Assembly (NCBI GenBank): GCA_963663165.1
Contig: OY760175.1
Coordinates: forward strand, 5,344,001-5,408,000
DNA: 64,000 nt
From: an uncultured Desulfospira sp.
Lineage (GTDB): Bacteria > Desulfobacterota > Desulfobacteria > Desulfobacterales > Desulfobacteraceae
Direction: 5' to 3'
Made by a program: the position numbers and the translations under genes. Of this stretch, positions 52,040 through 62,883 are shown piece after piece. Within the stretch, counting starts at the first letter, position 1, and the number at the start of each line of letters is the position of its first letter. The notes beneath the pieces were generated by a model. It did no database searches. It had not been told where the DNA came from and was given only the letters and a program-made list of their open reading frames with translations.

Positions 52040-52828
52040 TTATTGGGGTATGGACTGGGGATTAGTAGTGTTCGTTGTGTTGGGACCTTCCGTTCGATAA
52101 CTGAGTCCGTCCCGGATATTAATGATGTGAACATTGTGCATCAATCGATCGATAATGGCATGAGTTACAACCGGATCTCCCAGAGTCGTCCCCCAATCCT
52201 CAAGACTGATTGAAGATGTGGCAATAAAGGCGGTATCGTCCTGGCAGACGCTGATCAAATCCAGCAGCAGGCTGGGATATTCCGGCTTTGTGCGGATACC
52301 GCCCACATTATCTATGATCAGAAGATCAAAACGGCTTAAGCCGGCGACCACCTCATCGGTGGATTCGTCAGCCAATGACGTATACAGCATGGCCAGAAGT
52401 TTTTGCAGGGAAAAAAATCGAACCTTATAACCCGCACGGCAGGCCTGGTCGCCAAGGGCTGAGGCAATATGAGTTTTGCCCGTGCCGGTTTTCCCAAAAA
52501 TAAGCAGCGGCTGCTTTCGATCCACAAAGGATAGCTCCATCAGATCTTTGAGGTGCTCTACATTCAGGCTTGGCTGGAAGTTAAAATCAAAGTTATCAAA
52601 GGTCATGTTTCTGGGGAAATCCGCTGTTTTTAGCCGCTTTTCAAGGGATCGGTGCTTTCTTGCCTTCATCTGTACGTCCACGATGTCGGCCAGGAACGCC
52701 AAATGACCGGATTGATTTTTCTGCGCCTTGGCAAGGGCCTGCTCCAGATATTGGGCCATATCCTTGAGATAAAGCTTGCGCAGTTTCTTTTTAACCTGGT
52801 CGCTTAAGTTTTCATTCATCCTTGCCAT
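52040..52828 (-). CDS. istB: IstB-like AAA+ transposition helper
   Basis: FDFNFQP, GKTGTGKTH, LLIIDNVG, AIIDRL. Confidence 0.9.
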   Translation of the reverse strand: MARMNENLSDQVKKKLRKLYLKDMAQYLEQALAKAQKNQSGHLAFLADIVDVQMKARKHRSLEKRLKTADFPRNMTFDNFDFNFQPSLNVEHLKDLMELSFVDRKQPLLIFGKTGTGKTHIASALGDQACRAGYKVRFFSLQKLLAMLYTSLADESTDEVVAGLSRFDLLIIDNVGGIRTKPEYPSLLLDLISVCQDDTAFIATSSISLEDWGTTLGDPVVTHAIIDRLMHNVHIINIRDGLSYRTEGPNTTNTTNPQSIPQ

Positions 52829-54314
52829 CCATTGTTTTTCTGTTAATCAGGTGGTCATACCTTTGTGGGTTATCCTGCTCCACTGAACAGGATTTCAAAT
52901 AGCTCCGGGTGTTGTTGGGCAGACCTTTTCCGGCTTTTGTTTTGTTTGAAGCTTTAATGTTTTTCCCCTGGATGATACGCAGGACGGCATCAGCACTAAA
53001 TGAGTCAAACCGCGTGGCATGAGCTAATGCCCCTGAGACCACATCCGCACCATAGCGGTCGGCATATTTGAGGATACGGCCCATATGGTACCCGGCAGCG
53101 CTTTTCCGGGTTTCTTTCAATCCGTTATAATAGACCTGCGCCACCTCACCCAATCTCAAAAAGGCATCTTTGAGCAATTGACTCTGGCCTGTCATCTTCC
53201 TGTACAGGGCTTCATGTTCAGGCAACACCTGCCTGTCTTCTTGAGTGTAAACATGCCGGCAATCCATCGTTTCATCACACCATATTTCAATGTGATCACG
53301 GAACAAACGGACCTGGACATAACGGCCTATCAGTTCAGGATTGGCAGAGTATCGTTTTTTGTCGATGGTGACACAAAAATCAACGTTAACAAGTCGACGT
53401 ACTTCCTTAAAAAATTGATCCGTTTTATTCCATGGCACAGGCTTTAACAGACTTTTTTCCCTTGCCAGGCGATCCACAGGCCTTTCCCGGGTGGTACCGT
53501 GGATACGGACATTGGCTGTGTTCGCCCGCCAGGCATCGGCCTTGTTATTGAGATCCTCAAGATCAATAAATTCTTTGCCTCTAAGGAAATTGTCTTCAAT
53601 ATACCGGAACGGCCGCTCTACCTTGCCGTGTCGTTCCTTTTTGCCGGGTAGAAGGATGACGATCTCAAAGTCATACTCCTGGGCAAACCGTTTAAATACC
53701 GGATTGATCCAAACGGTTCCGGGGCCCGTGTGCCTGCCCACCGTGGTCATATTGTCATAGGTGATTTTGTGGGGAACCGCCCCGATCTCGTCAAACGCCT
53801 CTTCATGCAACCGGATCACTGATTCTATAGTTTCATCAAAAAAGTGACGTATAAATATCCAACGACTGAAGCACAATACAAAAGATCCGGTATGCACCAC
53901 CACGCGTTGTCCACCCATGTACACACTATGAGGACTCCAGTCCATCTGCCCCTCATCTCCAGGGGCATGATCAATTGGAGGCCTGGGCACCTTCAAGCCT
54001 TTGGGCCGGATTATTCTGATATACTCCTTGAGGATGGAGTATCCGCCCGTGTACCCCAACAACGTGATCTCTTCCAACACCCGAACCCCGCTGAGATGTT
54101 TTTCTTTTACAAGGTAACCGATTTTGGCCTTGTAAGGATCAAGTTTGCTTTTGCGGGGACTGGTTTGAGGCGCATTAATAACATTGTTGCAGCCCAATGC
54201 CCTGCGCACTGCCTTGCGGCTGTGCCCGGTCTGTTTTGCTGTCTGACGGATGGATGCTGTGCGCCCAAAGACTTTACGAATACGTTCCTGTTCCTTTTCA
54301 CTCAACCGGCTCAT
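52812..54314 (-). CDS. istA: IstA-like DDE transposase
   Basis: SKLDPYK, GQMDW, YDNM, GKVER, HGTTRERP. Confidence 0.9.
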   Translation of the reverse strand: MSRLSEKEQERIRKVFGRTASIRQTAKQTGHSRKAVRRALGCNNVINAPQTSPRKSKLDPYKAKIGYLVKEKHLSGVRVLEEITLLGYTGGYSILKEYIRIIRPKGLKVPRPPIDHAPGDEGQMDWSPHSVYMGGQRVVVHTGSFVLCFSRWIFIRHFFDETIESVIRLHEEAFDEIGAVPHKITYDNMTTVGRHTGPGTVWINPVFKRFAQEYDFEIVILLPGKKERHGKVERPFRYIEDNFLRGKEFIDLEDLNNKADAWRANTANVRIHGTTRERPVDRLAREKSLLKPVPWNKTDQFFKEVRRLVNVDFCVTIDKKRYSANPELIGRYVQVRLFRDHIEIWCDETMDCRHVYTQEDRQVLPEHEALYRKMTGQSQLLKDAFLRLGEVAQVYYNGLKETRKSAAGYHMGRILKYADRYGADVVSGALAHATRFDSFSADAVLRIIQGKNIKASNKTKAGKGLPNNTRSYLKSCSVEQDNPQRYDHLINRKTMDGKDE

Positions 54315-55134
54315 GGTGCCCTCCTATCAACTCATTGAGCCGTTTCATCCGGGCACCGGCCCGCCCTATAAAGTCTTTAAGGGCGCAGACCTTGGAACCA
54401 TTGATCGTGCCGCTGCCAATGCAGTTGTTCAGCTTGGACATTTTTGAAAGAATGGCATCAATAATCAAATAATAATTTTCCTTGTCCCGGCTTACGGACT
54501 CCAGCGCTTGCCTGGGAGATTCAAGCAGGTGGCGCCTGGCTCCGGGATCACTGGTCTTGCACCACAGGTCCACCAGACGGTTCACCTCCCGGGTTTTAAG
54601 GTTGTGTTTTTGAATACAAAGAGAAAAATCGGCCTGGGTTGCAGGCTGCAACCGCGCCAGTGACGGACCGACCCCGGCAGGGAGCAGCCCAAGTTTGATA
54701 TCGTGGACAATTTCCGGGGTCAGGCTGCGGATCATGGAAAGCCGTCGGCAAACCCAGCTTTTATGCCGCTCAAGGAGTATCGCCGCTTCAACCTGATTGA
54801 GCCCTTCTATTTCTACAAGTTCCCAGACCACCAGGGCCTCCATGATCGTGGAAAACCCATCCGGGCGGTTCAGAAGGTAGAGCAATGCCTTGGCTTCTGC
54901 AGCACTTTTTTTCAACACAGCCACTTTAAGCGTCTTCATGCCAAGAAGGCCTGCACAGCGATGCCGCTTGAAACCGTCTATTAAAATATGGCAACCTCCT
55001 TGCTCAACCGCAACAACAGCCGTTAATTGGCCATGCTTGACTAATGAAGCCGCCATCTTTTCCTGGGCACCGGCGTGGACCGGCCGCAGGAATCCCAGAC
55101 GTAAATCCAATTGGTCCGGACGCAGGTTAATCAT
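54298..55134 (-). CDS. ParB/Srx N-terminal domain plus HTH protein
   Basis: SLVKHGQLTAV, LIDGFKR, NQVEAA.LL.RHKSWVCRRL. Confidence 0.75.
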   Translation of the reverse strand: MINLRPDQLDLRLGFLRPVHAGAQEKMAASLVKHGQLTAVVAVEQGGCHILIDGFKRHRCAGLLGMKTLKVAVLKKSAAEAKALLYLLNRPDGFSTIMEALVVWELVEIEGLNQVEAAILLERHKSWVCRRLSMIRSLTPEIVHDIKLGLLPAGVGPSLARLQPATQADFSLCIQKHNLKTREVNRLVDLWCKTSDPGARRHLLESPRQALESVSRDKENYYLIIDAILSKMSKLNNCIGSGTINGSKVCALKDFIGRAGARMKRLNELIGGHHEPVE

Positions 55135-55549
55135 TTGGACCTCCGGCTATATTGAGGCTTTTTTGAAAAATCTCCCCGATTGAGATAAGGCCACTGCCGC
55201 CGGTGGGTTGCTTAGGCGCCTTGGACGTCGGTGCTGCAACATTTTTTTTGGGAAGGGAAAGCACTTGAAACAGTCGGCCGTCAAAGGCTATGAGATCTTT
55301 ATCAATGAGCCCGTTCCTGGCCTGGATATATTCGTCCAGGCGGATGGCCGTCAATGAACAGATTTTATCATAGCCGTAATAAGACATTCCCTGACGATCT
55401 GCCACCATCACCAGAAAAAGGTACAGCACAAGCTCCTGGTGGTTCAGGCTGCCCCAATACCCCTGGCGGATAAACCGGTGGCTTATCCATGCGAAACTGC
55501 CGTTAATTTTTCTAATTCGATGGTCCTTCAACGGTTCCTTGGTAATCAT
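55127..55549 (-). CDS. Small winged-HTH / replication-initiator-like protein
   Basis: LYLFLVMVADRQGMSYYG...AR..LI; AAGGAGG RBS. Confidence 0.55.
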   Translation of the reverse strand: MITKEPLKDHRIRKINGSFAWISHRFIRQGYWGSLNHQELVLYLFLVMVADRQGMSYYGYDKICSLTAIRLDEYIQARNGLIDKDLIAFDGRLFQVLSLPKKNVAAPTSKAPKQPTGGSGLISIGEIFQKSLNIAGGPND

Positions 55550-55982
55550 TTTTACCCTCCTTGGAAATATAATGATGAAAATTGTCGCCTGAATACCGTC
55601 TGCCATATCCCCGCCGGGGGAATTGATCTACAATCAGACCTTTTCTTCCGCAAAAACAGCAGCATGGATGGGAAGACGGAGGCGTTACCCGAAGACTATC
55701 ATTGGATTTGGAGGGTGTTGAAGTGTCATCATCCACGGTTTTTTGAGAATTTCTTAATCTCCGCTCTTTTTCCTGCCGACGATGGGCTAACTTACCTTTT
55801 TCAGTTTGTCGATATTTCTTCTGGGCGTTACGGTGAGCTTCTCTTTGAGCAGTTTCCCGACAGGATTCACAGCAATAAATCTGTCCACGCCAGCAACTGT
55901 GGCAGATATAAAAAATGCTGCCGCATCGTTTACACTGGATTTCTTTTAATAAAACGATCTCCACATTTTCCGTTCTTGCCAT
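55512..55982 (-). CDS. Cys-rich Zn-finger protein
   Basis: CKRC..F.IC..C.RGQ.YC...C, then a second C..C. Confidence 0.6.
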   Translation of the reverse strand: MARTENVEIVLLKEIQCKRCGSIFYICHSCWRGQIYCCESCRETAQREAHRNAQKKYRQTEKGKLAHRRQEKERRLRNSQKTVDDDTSTPSKSNDSLRVTPPSSHPCCCFCGRKGLIVDQFPRRGYGRRYSGDNFHHYISKEGKNDYQGTVEGPSN

Positions 55983-57699
55983 AAAACGGAAGCCGTGATT
56001 ATATGAAGATGTTGGGTAGCTTCCGTATTTTATATGGATGTCTGCTTTTTGAAGGCTCGAAGCGGCCTACTTCGAGCCTTCCTTATTTTTCAAATCCATC
56101 CAAGAAACAAAACCAAATTCAAAGAAAAAAAGGAAGAAAATATATTTTTAAAATATGGGATGAAGAAGAGACAAAGTAAAAAGGATGGAGGCTTTGTTAC
56201 CGGCTAAAGGGGTGGCCTGCTTCATCGCCATAGGTGGGGACGGTTACGACCGGCGGTAACACTATGGGGCCATGAAGACATTCTCAGAGATTACTATGCG
56301 AGCATTGAATTATTTCAATATCAGCCACAAGCATCTGAGTTTCGACACAACTTCAGTAACTGTCCAAGGCGACTACCTTCTATACTCGAAAGAAAAAGGG
56401 CCTGACGATACGATGAATATTGTACACGGCCACAGCAAGGACCACCGTCCGGATCTCAAACAGTTTCTGGTAAAGATGTTATGTGTGGACCGAACAATCC
56501 CGGTATTCGGTCAAACTGAGGATGGAAACGCATCTGATAAAACGGTCAATAACGAAGTCCTGTCATCAATATCAAAATATATGGCGAACAACGGAATCCA
56601 TAAAGATGGATTCATCTACATTGCAGACTCAGCCATGGTGACTAAAAAGAACCTTGAAGAAATAGGAGACAAAATTCAATTTATCAGCAGGCTTCCCGCA
56701 AACTATAAAGCGTGTTCTCAATTGATCAAAGAGGCCGTAACCAAAGACGATTGGACAACTCTTGGCAAGTTATCCGAGACAACAGAAACTCAAAATCGTC
56801 CTGCAGCAGTGTACAAGTCATGGGAAACCGAAACCACCCTTCATGGCAGATCCTACCGGGTAATCGTAGTGCACTCCAGTGCCCATGACAAAAGGAGACA
56901 AAAACGGATTGACCGTGAGCTGGAGAATGAGCATGCGGATCTTTCAAAAAAAGCAAACGCTCTGGCAAAACAAGAGTTCTTCTGCCAGGAAGATGCAGAA
57001 AAGGCCGCCGTTGACCTGAAAAATGGTAAACATAAATATTATGCCCCGACAACAAAAATCTCTGAGCGCCCAAAATACAAACGAGGCAGACCTAAAAAGG
57101 ATGGTTCCCGTTCATTGGACAAAATGATGTATGCTGTTACATCTGAACTAGAAGAGACCGAGGCTGCAACAGATCTGCGAAAAGAAGCAGGATGCTTTGT
57201 TCTGATATGCAATGTGCCTTCGGCCGGGGCTGACAAATATAGTTCCTACGATGTCCTTCGGGCCTACAAGGATCAGTACGGGATTGAACAGAACTTTGGA
57301 TTTCTGAAAAACACCCCCCTTGTAAATTGCGTATTTCTCAAAAAAGCAGAACGAATAGAGGTGCTTGCCCTTGTCTTGCTATTGTCTCTTTTGATTTGGC
57401 GGCTTATTGAGTACAATATGAGACGATATACAAAAGAGGAAAATAGAGACCTTCCCGGCTGGAAAAAAAGAAGGACAGATAAACCGACATCTTTCATGGT
57501 GATGAGTAGTTTCCAATATCAGTTGGTTCTTAAAATTGGAAAGCACCGAAAACTGGCCAGGCCGCTAAACAATAATCAACGGGAGTATTTGATGGCCTTG
57601 GGGTTAAACTCCAAAATTTTCACAGTACCTGGAGGGTAATTGACGTTGCACGCACAAAAAAAATACGGATTTATCACAAATTAGGGTGCGGAATGTGAG

Positions 57700-58207
57700 C
57701 TCCAGGCAACAAAAATGACCTGAAGGGCAGATTGGATATTTTGGTGCTTCCGAAAAAAGGCAGATGCAACAAGGCGGAATATGAAGAAGAAACAGCGGAA
57801 GATTTCATTCGTTTTAAAAGAAAACATTCAGCGGTGGAATCTGCCATAAACGGACTGGAAAATCATGGTCTTGACAGATGCCCGGATCATGGCATTCAAG
57901 GGTTTAAGAGGTATGTGAGCCTGTCGGTTTTGGCAAGAAATCTCCAGATCATCGGGCATCACATACAACAAAAGGGATTAAAAAAGCTGCAAGGGTCTGA
58001 ACAGCGCAAAGCAGCTTAAAACAGGCCATTGCTTAAAAAAAACACGGCAAACACTACAGTTGCGTCCGGAAAAGGAGAAAGTTGCCGAAAACCGGCAGAG
58101 ATGGAAGCATTTCTCCCGGTTTGTGATGACAGGAACAACAAAGATTTAAGGTTTTTTCAAACATCGACCCCCTGAAAATTTCAAAATCGGGGTTTCCGGT
58201 CAGGCAC
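57700..58207 (+). mobile_element. 3'-terminal 508-bp fragment of the ISNCY/IS5-like element
   Basis: Near-identical to 61885-62392. Confidence 0.9.
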
Positions 58208-58670
58208 TAAATAATATTAAAAAATATCGTTTCCACTCGGAAAGAGTGGGTATCCCTGAACCATTGGGGGCAGTATTATAGTTAATGGTTACAGTTTCTT
58301 CCCAAACTGATGGTATCCATGGTGATCCTGAAGGCCCCTGTAACTGGAAGCTGATTTCCATTATTGAGCCATTTTCTGCATCCCCAACGGCTCTATAAAC
58401 AAGACTTGCGTTTTCTCCAACCAGGATACTATCGGGGATGTCTTCTTCTTTTTCTAGAAAATCGACCCCCTGAATAACAGTTTTAGTTACGGTAATATTT
58501 ATTCCTGTCATGCTGTCGGCACTATCACCGGCATTATTTGCCGTAAAGCTTATTGTTTCTCCCGGCATAATTGTATATTCAGAATAACAATTATTTACAC
58601 TTATACATATCAAAAAGAAAATAAAAAAAGATGCCACGATATTTTTTATAAAAATTTTCAGAATACTCAT
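58208..58670 (-). pseudogene. Secreted Ig-like protein with IPTL-CTERM sorting signal, C-terminus cut by an IS
   Basis: Signal peptide; IPTLSEW..FLILF ends at the IS boundary. Confidence 0.6.
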
Positions 58671-59542
58671 TGTTGTTGTCCCTCCCTGTAAAAAATTTTT
58701 AATTTTTTATCGAGTTCAGCATTTTCAACATCAACAACAAATTCAAATCCATTAAACATCGTTATTACTGCAAACTCTTTTCGTTTAATCTGCTTTGCCG
58801 TGAATTTGTTTTGATACCTTTCTGGCAATTGCTTTTTCAAAATTGCTTTATTATTTAAATCAACTATAATTACATAATTCGAGTTATTTTCAAAATTAGT
58901 AAATAATATATTACTTTCATCAATCCAGGTTATCCCAGATGTAATACTATAAAGATTCGCCTTTTCATAAACAATGCTTGAATATGTATTTTTTCCCTGA
59001 TTCTCTTTATCGAATCTGGGATATAGAGGTGTGCCACATTCTCTAGGGTCTAGTTTTTCTTGAATTTGAATACGATTTTGTCGTGGGGTCAATTCCAAAT
59101 TATAAAGCATCAATATGTCTCTACTAAAAGCATTGCTACTATAACTTCTTGGATAGTGTTTGATATAAACTAAATATTTATTGTCACTTGATACAGATGC
59201 ATTATAACCCCAAATTGTGTCAATCAATTCCAGTGAAGGAAAACTAATAATTATAAACAAATCTCCACCGGCCTTTAAGGCACCTCTTACTATTATTTTA
59301 TTATTAAATGTTGTCAATTTTATTATTTCTCTAGCGCGAATCAAATATTCCCGAACGGTTTTGTTTTTTGTCCTTTTTTCGACCGATTCGATCTTAATAT
59401 TTATTTTATTTTTTTGTTTAGTACATAATGATTTTATTAAATATGCATTAGTTTCTGTCTCTATTATATTTTCTGCTATGCTTATATTTGGATATATAAA
59501 AAAAAACATCACAAATAATATAAAAAATTTGATTATTCTCAT
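58667..59542 (-). CDS. Secreted hypothetical protein (low GC)
   Basis: MRIIKFFILFVMFFFIYPNISIA signal peptide; AAGGA RBS. Confidence 0.7.
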   Translation of the reverse strand: MRIIKFFILFVMFFFIYPNISIAENIIETETNAYLIKSLCTKQKNKINIKIESVEKRTKNKTVREYLIRAREIIKLTTFNNKIIVRGALKAGGDLFIIISFPSLELIDTIWGYNASVSSDNKYLVYIKHYPRSYSSNAFSRDILMLYNLELTPRQNRIQIQEKLDPRECGTPLYPRFDKENQGKNTYSSIVYEKANLYSITSGITWIDESNILFTNFENNSNYVIIVDLNNKAILKKQLPERYQNKFTAKQIKRKEFAVITMFNGFEFVVDVENAELDKKLKIFYREGQQQ

Positions 59543-59701
59543 CGCATATTCCTTTAATTAGATACTTTTATTGTCAAAAAATTACCGAGTGTTTGCACTT
59601 CATTGCACCCGGATGCCCCACCATAATTATCAATATGATGAAAATTATTATCACTACAAGCAGGACAGTAATCGGTCACGGTTTTTTTCCCAATAGTATG
59701 T

Positions 59702-59825
59702 CAATGTCATTAACTTAAGCGTTAATACAAGAAACTGGAAACAAGAGACAAGAGGGTGAAGCGCCGTTGGCGCCCATTTTATAACCCCTGCGCGCTATGC
59801 AAAATTTCTTAAGTTAATGGCATTG
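59702..59825. mobile_element. 124-bp MITE
   Basis: TIRs CAATGTCATTAACTTAAG / CTTAAGTTAATGGCATTG; 10-bp TSD AATAGTATGT. Confidence 0.9.
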
Positions 59826-60514
59826 AATAGTATGTATATAAATTATATCTCCACATTGAAGCACTGGATGATTTGGATGAACAGCAACGGTCTGCCCTGC
59901 TTGAACCGAGCTACCACATGACCCTATAATATTATTCACTTGAGCAAATGTGTTCGAAGTCCCACAAGGAGATGTTAATGGGTACCCAGTTGTCCAGCAG
60001 TAATTCCCCCATTGTAGACTTCCATACTCCGCAGATTCCCCACTTCCATTTTCATATACTTCAGAGATAAAATCAGATAATAAGGTTATGCTTGTATATT
60101 GGCATTGGGTATCAGACAAACAAGCATTGGCTGCCGTTCCTCCACATTCGTTTTCTATAGGGGTATTATATTGTGTATGTAAGTATATCCCCAAAACAGT
60201 AAAATAATAATAATACGAGGCTTGAATGGAAGAATCACCAGACGTCAATGTGGCTATAATTGAAGTGTATTCCCCTTCAGGTAAATTTTCTACATTAAAA
60301 GGGACTATATGTGTTCCGCCCGTTACAATGTCATTTAGGATTTCATGGATTAAACCATTATTATATTCTGCGGTTACTTGAAGAATTCCTAACATACTTG
60401 AAGGTTCAATAGCTACTGTTATTCCATTTTCAATATCAACCGATGTGATATCTATGCCTACAACAATAAAATTTTCTTCGAGAACAACATCATCTGCAAA
60501 AGATATTTTATATA

Positions 60515-62392
60515 GTGCCTGACCGGAAATTGGAACCATCATATTTTCCAGGGGTATCTGGGCTGAAATTCGTTTGAAGTTTCTGTTGTGATATGAATTA
60601 CTTGTTGCTTTTTACTAATTACTATGTTAATCTAACCCTATAAAATTATATAGGATTTATGTTTTGTGAGACAAGCCAATAGTAATTCAAACTTCAACAT
60701 TCCATCAGAACTTCGAGGTCGTTTTGCGTAAAATTTTTGAACTACAGATGACATTCGGGCAGACCCCTATCGATCAAATTAAAATTGATATGAGAGCCAG
60801 GGATGAAATCCCCAAACTTCTTTTGGGACTCCAACATATCTATTGCGACCAGAGTCTTCGACAAAAAGTTTTTGATATCCTCACGGACATGATCCCAGAA
60901 AGTACCGATTCTAAAAATGGACGTCCCGGTATGGACCTGTGGAAGATCCTTGTAATGGGCGTCATTCGGCTCAATTGCAATTGGGATTATGATAAACTCC
61001 AGGAAATGGTGAACAACCACAAAACAATAAGGCAGATGCTGGGGCATGGCATGATGGACAATGATATCGCCTACCCCCTTCAGACCCTGAAAGATAATGT
61101 CAGGCTTATGACCCCAGATATTCTTGACAAAATCAACACTCTGGTTGTGCAAGAAGGCCATAAACTTCTGATGAAAAAAAAACTTCGGACGATGGAGCCT
61201 TGATTGGGCGGTGTGATTCATTCGTTGTAGAAACCAATGTTCATTATCCCACAGATATCAACCTGCTTTTTGATGCAGTCCGAAAAATGATTCAAATTGC
61301 CGCTATTATCAGCCAGGACATTGGAACGAGTATGTGGCGGCAATCAGCGTATAATATTAAAGCATTTAAAAAGCTTTATCGAATAGTCCAGCGTTTGAAA
61401 CATTCCACATCAAAGGATGAAAAGAAAAAGGCCAAAAGAGTCCAGCAAATTATGGATGCCCATACAGCATATATCAAGCTTGCTGAAAAATATATTCAAA
61501 AGGCGCGATTGACCGTGGAAATGATACCGGCATCCGATATTATATGTGCAGCCCGAGCTGAAGAATTACAAACATATATCAACTACGCACTTTGGCAAAT
61601 TGATTTGATCAAACGCCGGGTGTTACAGGATGAAAAGATCCCCCATGAAGACAAGATTTTTTCGATTTTCGAACCCCACACGGAGTGGATTTCAAAAGGC
61701 AAGGCCGGTGTTCCCCAGGAATTGGGCTTGCGGGTATGTATCCTGGAGGACCAATATGGCTTTATCCTGCACCACCGGGTGATGGAGAAAGAAACCGATG
61801 ATAAAGTCGCCGTTGCGATGGTAACATTGGCACAAAGCAAATTTTCTGATCTCAAAGGATGCAGTTTTGATAAAGGGTTTTACTCTCCAGGCAACAAAAA
61901 TGACCTGAAGGGCAGATTGGATATTTTGGTGCTTCCGAAAAAAGGCAGATGCAACAAGGCGGAATATGAAGAAGAAACAGCGGAAGATTTCATTCGTTTT
62001 AAAAGAAAACATTCAGCGGTGGAATCTGCCATAAACGGACTGGAAAATCATGGTCTTGACAGATGCCCGGATCATGGCATTCAAGGGTTTAAGAGGTATG
62101 TGAGCCTGTCGGTTTTGGCAAGAAATCTCCAGATCATCGGGCATCACATACAACAAAAGGGATTAAAAAAGCTGCAAGGGTCTGAACAGCGCAAAGCAGC
62201 TTAAAACAGGCCATTGCTTAAAAAAAACACGGCAAACACTACAGTTGCGTCCGGAAAAGGAGAAAGTTGCCGAAAACCGGCAGAGATGGAAGCATTTCTC
62301 CCGGTTTGTGATGACAGGAACAACAAAGATTTAAGGTTTTGTCAAACATCGACCCCCTGAAAATTTCAAAATCGGGGTTTCCGGTCAGGCAC
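60515..62392 (+). mobile_element. ISNCY/IS5-like insertion sequence (1878 bp)
   Basis: TIRs GTGCCTGACCGGAAA / TTTCCGGTCAGGCAC; TSD TATATA (exact end vs TSD split is ambiguous by 1-2 bp). Confidence 0.88.
60724..62204 (+). CDS. DDE transposase in two ORFs joined by a -1 shift at A9 (61174-61182)
   Basis: GRPGM; DSFVVETNVHYPTD; FDKGF; HSAVESAIN. Confidence 0.8.
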
Positions 62393-62457
62393 TATATAGT
62401 GAACACGAAATCAAACAAATCAATAACCATACTTTCCACATTGAATCATTCCCTCAG

Positions 62458-62751
62458 TTATAAATTGCCATTATTAATACTGCCACTAGCTTGAGAAATT
62501 GAATCTTCACCAGTAATAATGTCCCAATTTACAGGCATTGCTGGCTTTGTTTCCAAATATACTTTTTCCCCAAGCCCTAATGTAGTTCTATCTCGATTAG
62601 AAGGAGTTTCTGAAATTGTTCTTGATATGATATTAAAAACAGTAAACATTTAACTAAGAATGACATCGCTTGCAAAAATAGATGTTGCGTTAAAAACAAA
62701 TAGAGCAACAAACAACTTAATTGTTAGCAGATTTCTAATCACTTTCAACAC
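62458..62751 (-). pseudogene. Degraded secreted protein gene
   Basis: AGGAG RBS and signal peptide, in-frame TAA at 62650-62652, then ISRTISETPSNRDRTTLGLGEKVYL. Confidence 0.5.
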
Positions 62752-62883
62752 AACGTTCTCCTATAACATTTTAATATAACCCCTGGTGTTGCCGAAACCA
62801 AACTCATTATTGGAGTACAAACATTTTATAAAAATAAACAATCTAAAAAACAAAGAACTGTTTTTTATTCGATGTAAGTCAGT

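Larger units (their letters stand above)
51722..56261 (-). mobile_element. Extended IS21-family element, 4540 bp, five genes
   Basis: TGTT...AACA ends with repeated subterminal CCACC motifs; 7-bp TSD CTATGGG at 51715-51721 and 56262-56268. Confidence 0.9.
51416..57639 (+). pseudogene. IS1634 transposase split in two (51416-51721 and 56269-57639)
   Basis: Rejoins in frame as ..HDYG-AMKTF..; FDTTS, GHSKDHRPDLKQ, IADSA, YKDQ..IEQNFGFLK. Confidence 0.85.
51226..57699 (+). mobile_element. IS1634-family element interrupted by an IS21-like element
   Basis: TIRs CTCACATTCCACACCCTAA / TTAGGGTGCGGAATGTGAG. Confidence 0.85.
59554..62441 (-). pseudogene. Secreted Cys-rich 3D-domain protein (289 aa reconstructed), interrupted by an IS and a MITE
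   Basis: Removing both insertions and one TSD copy each restores one open frame MWKVWLL...VAVHP...TVTDYCPAC...HIDNY...KVSN*. Confidence 0.75.
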
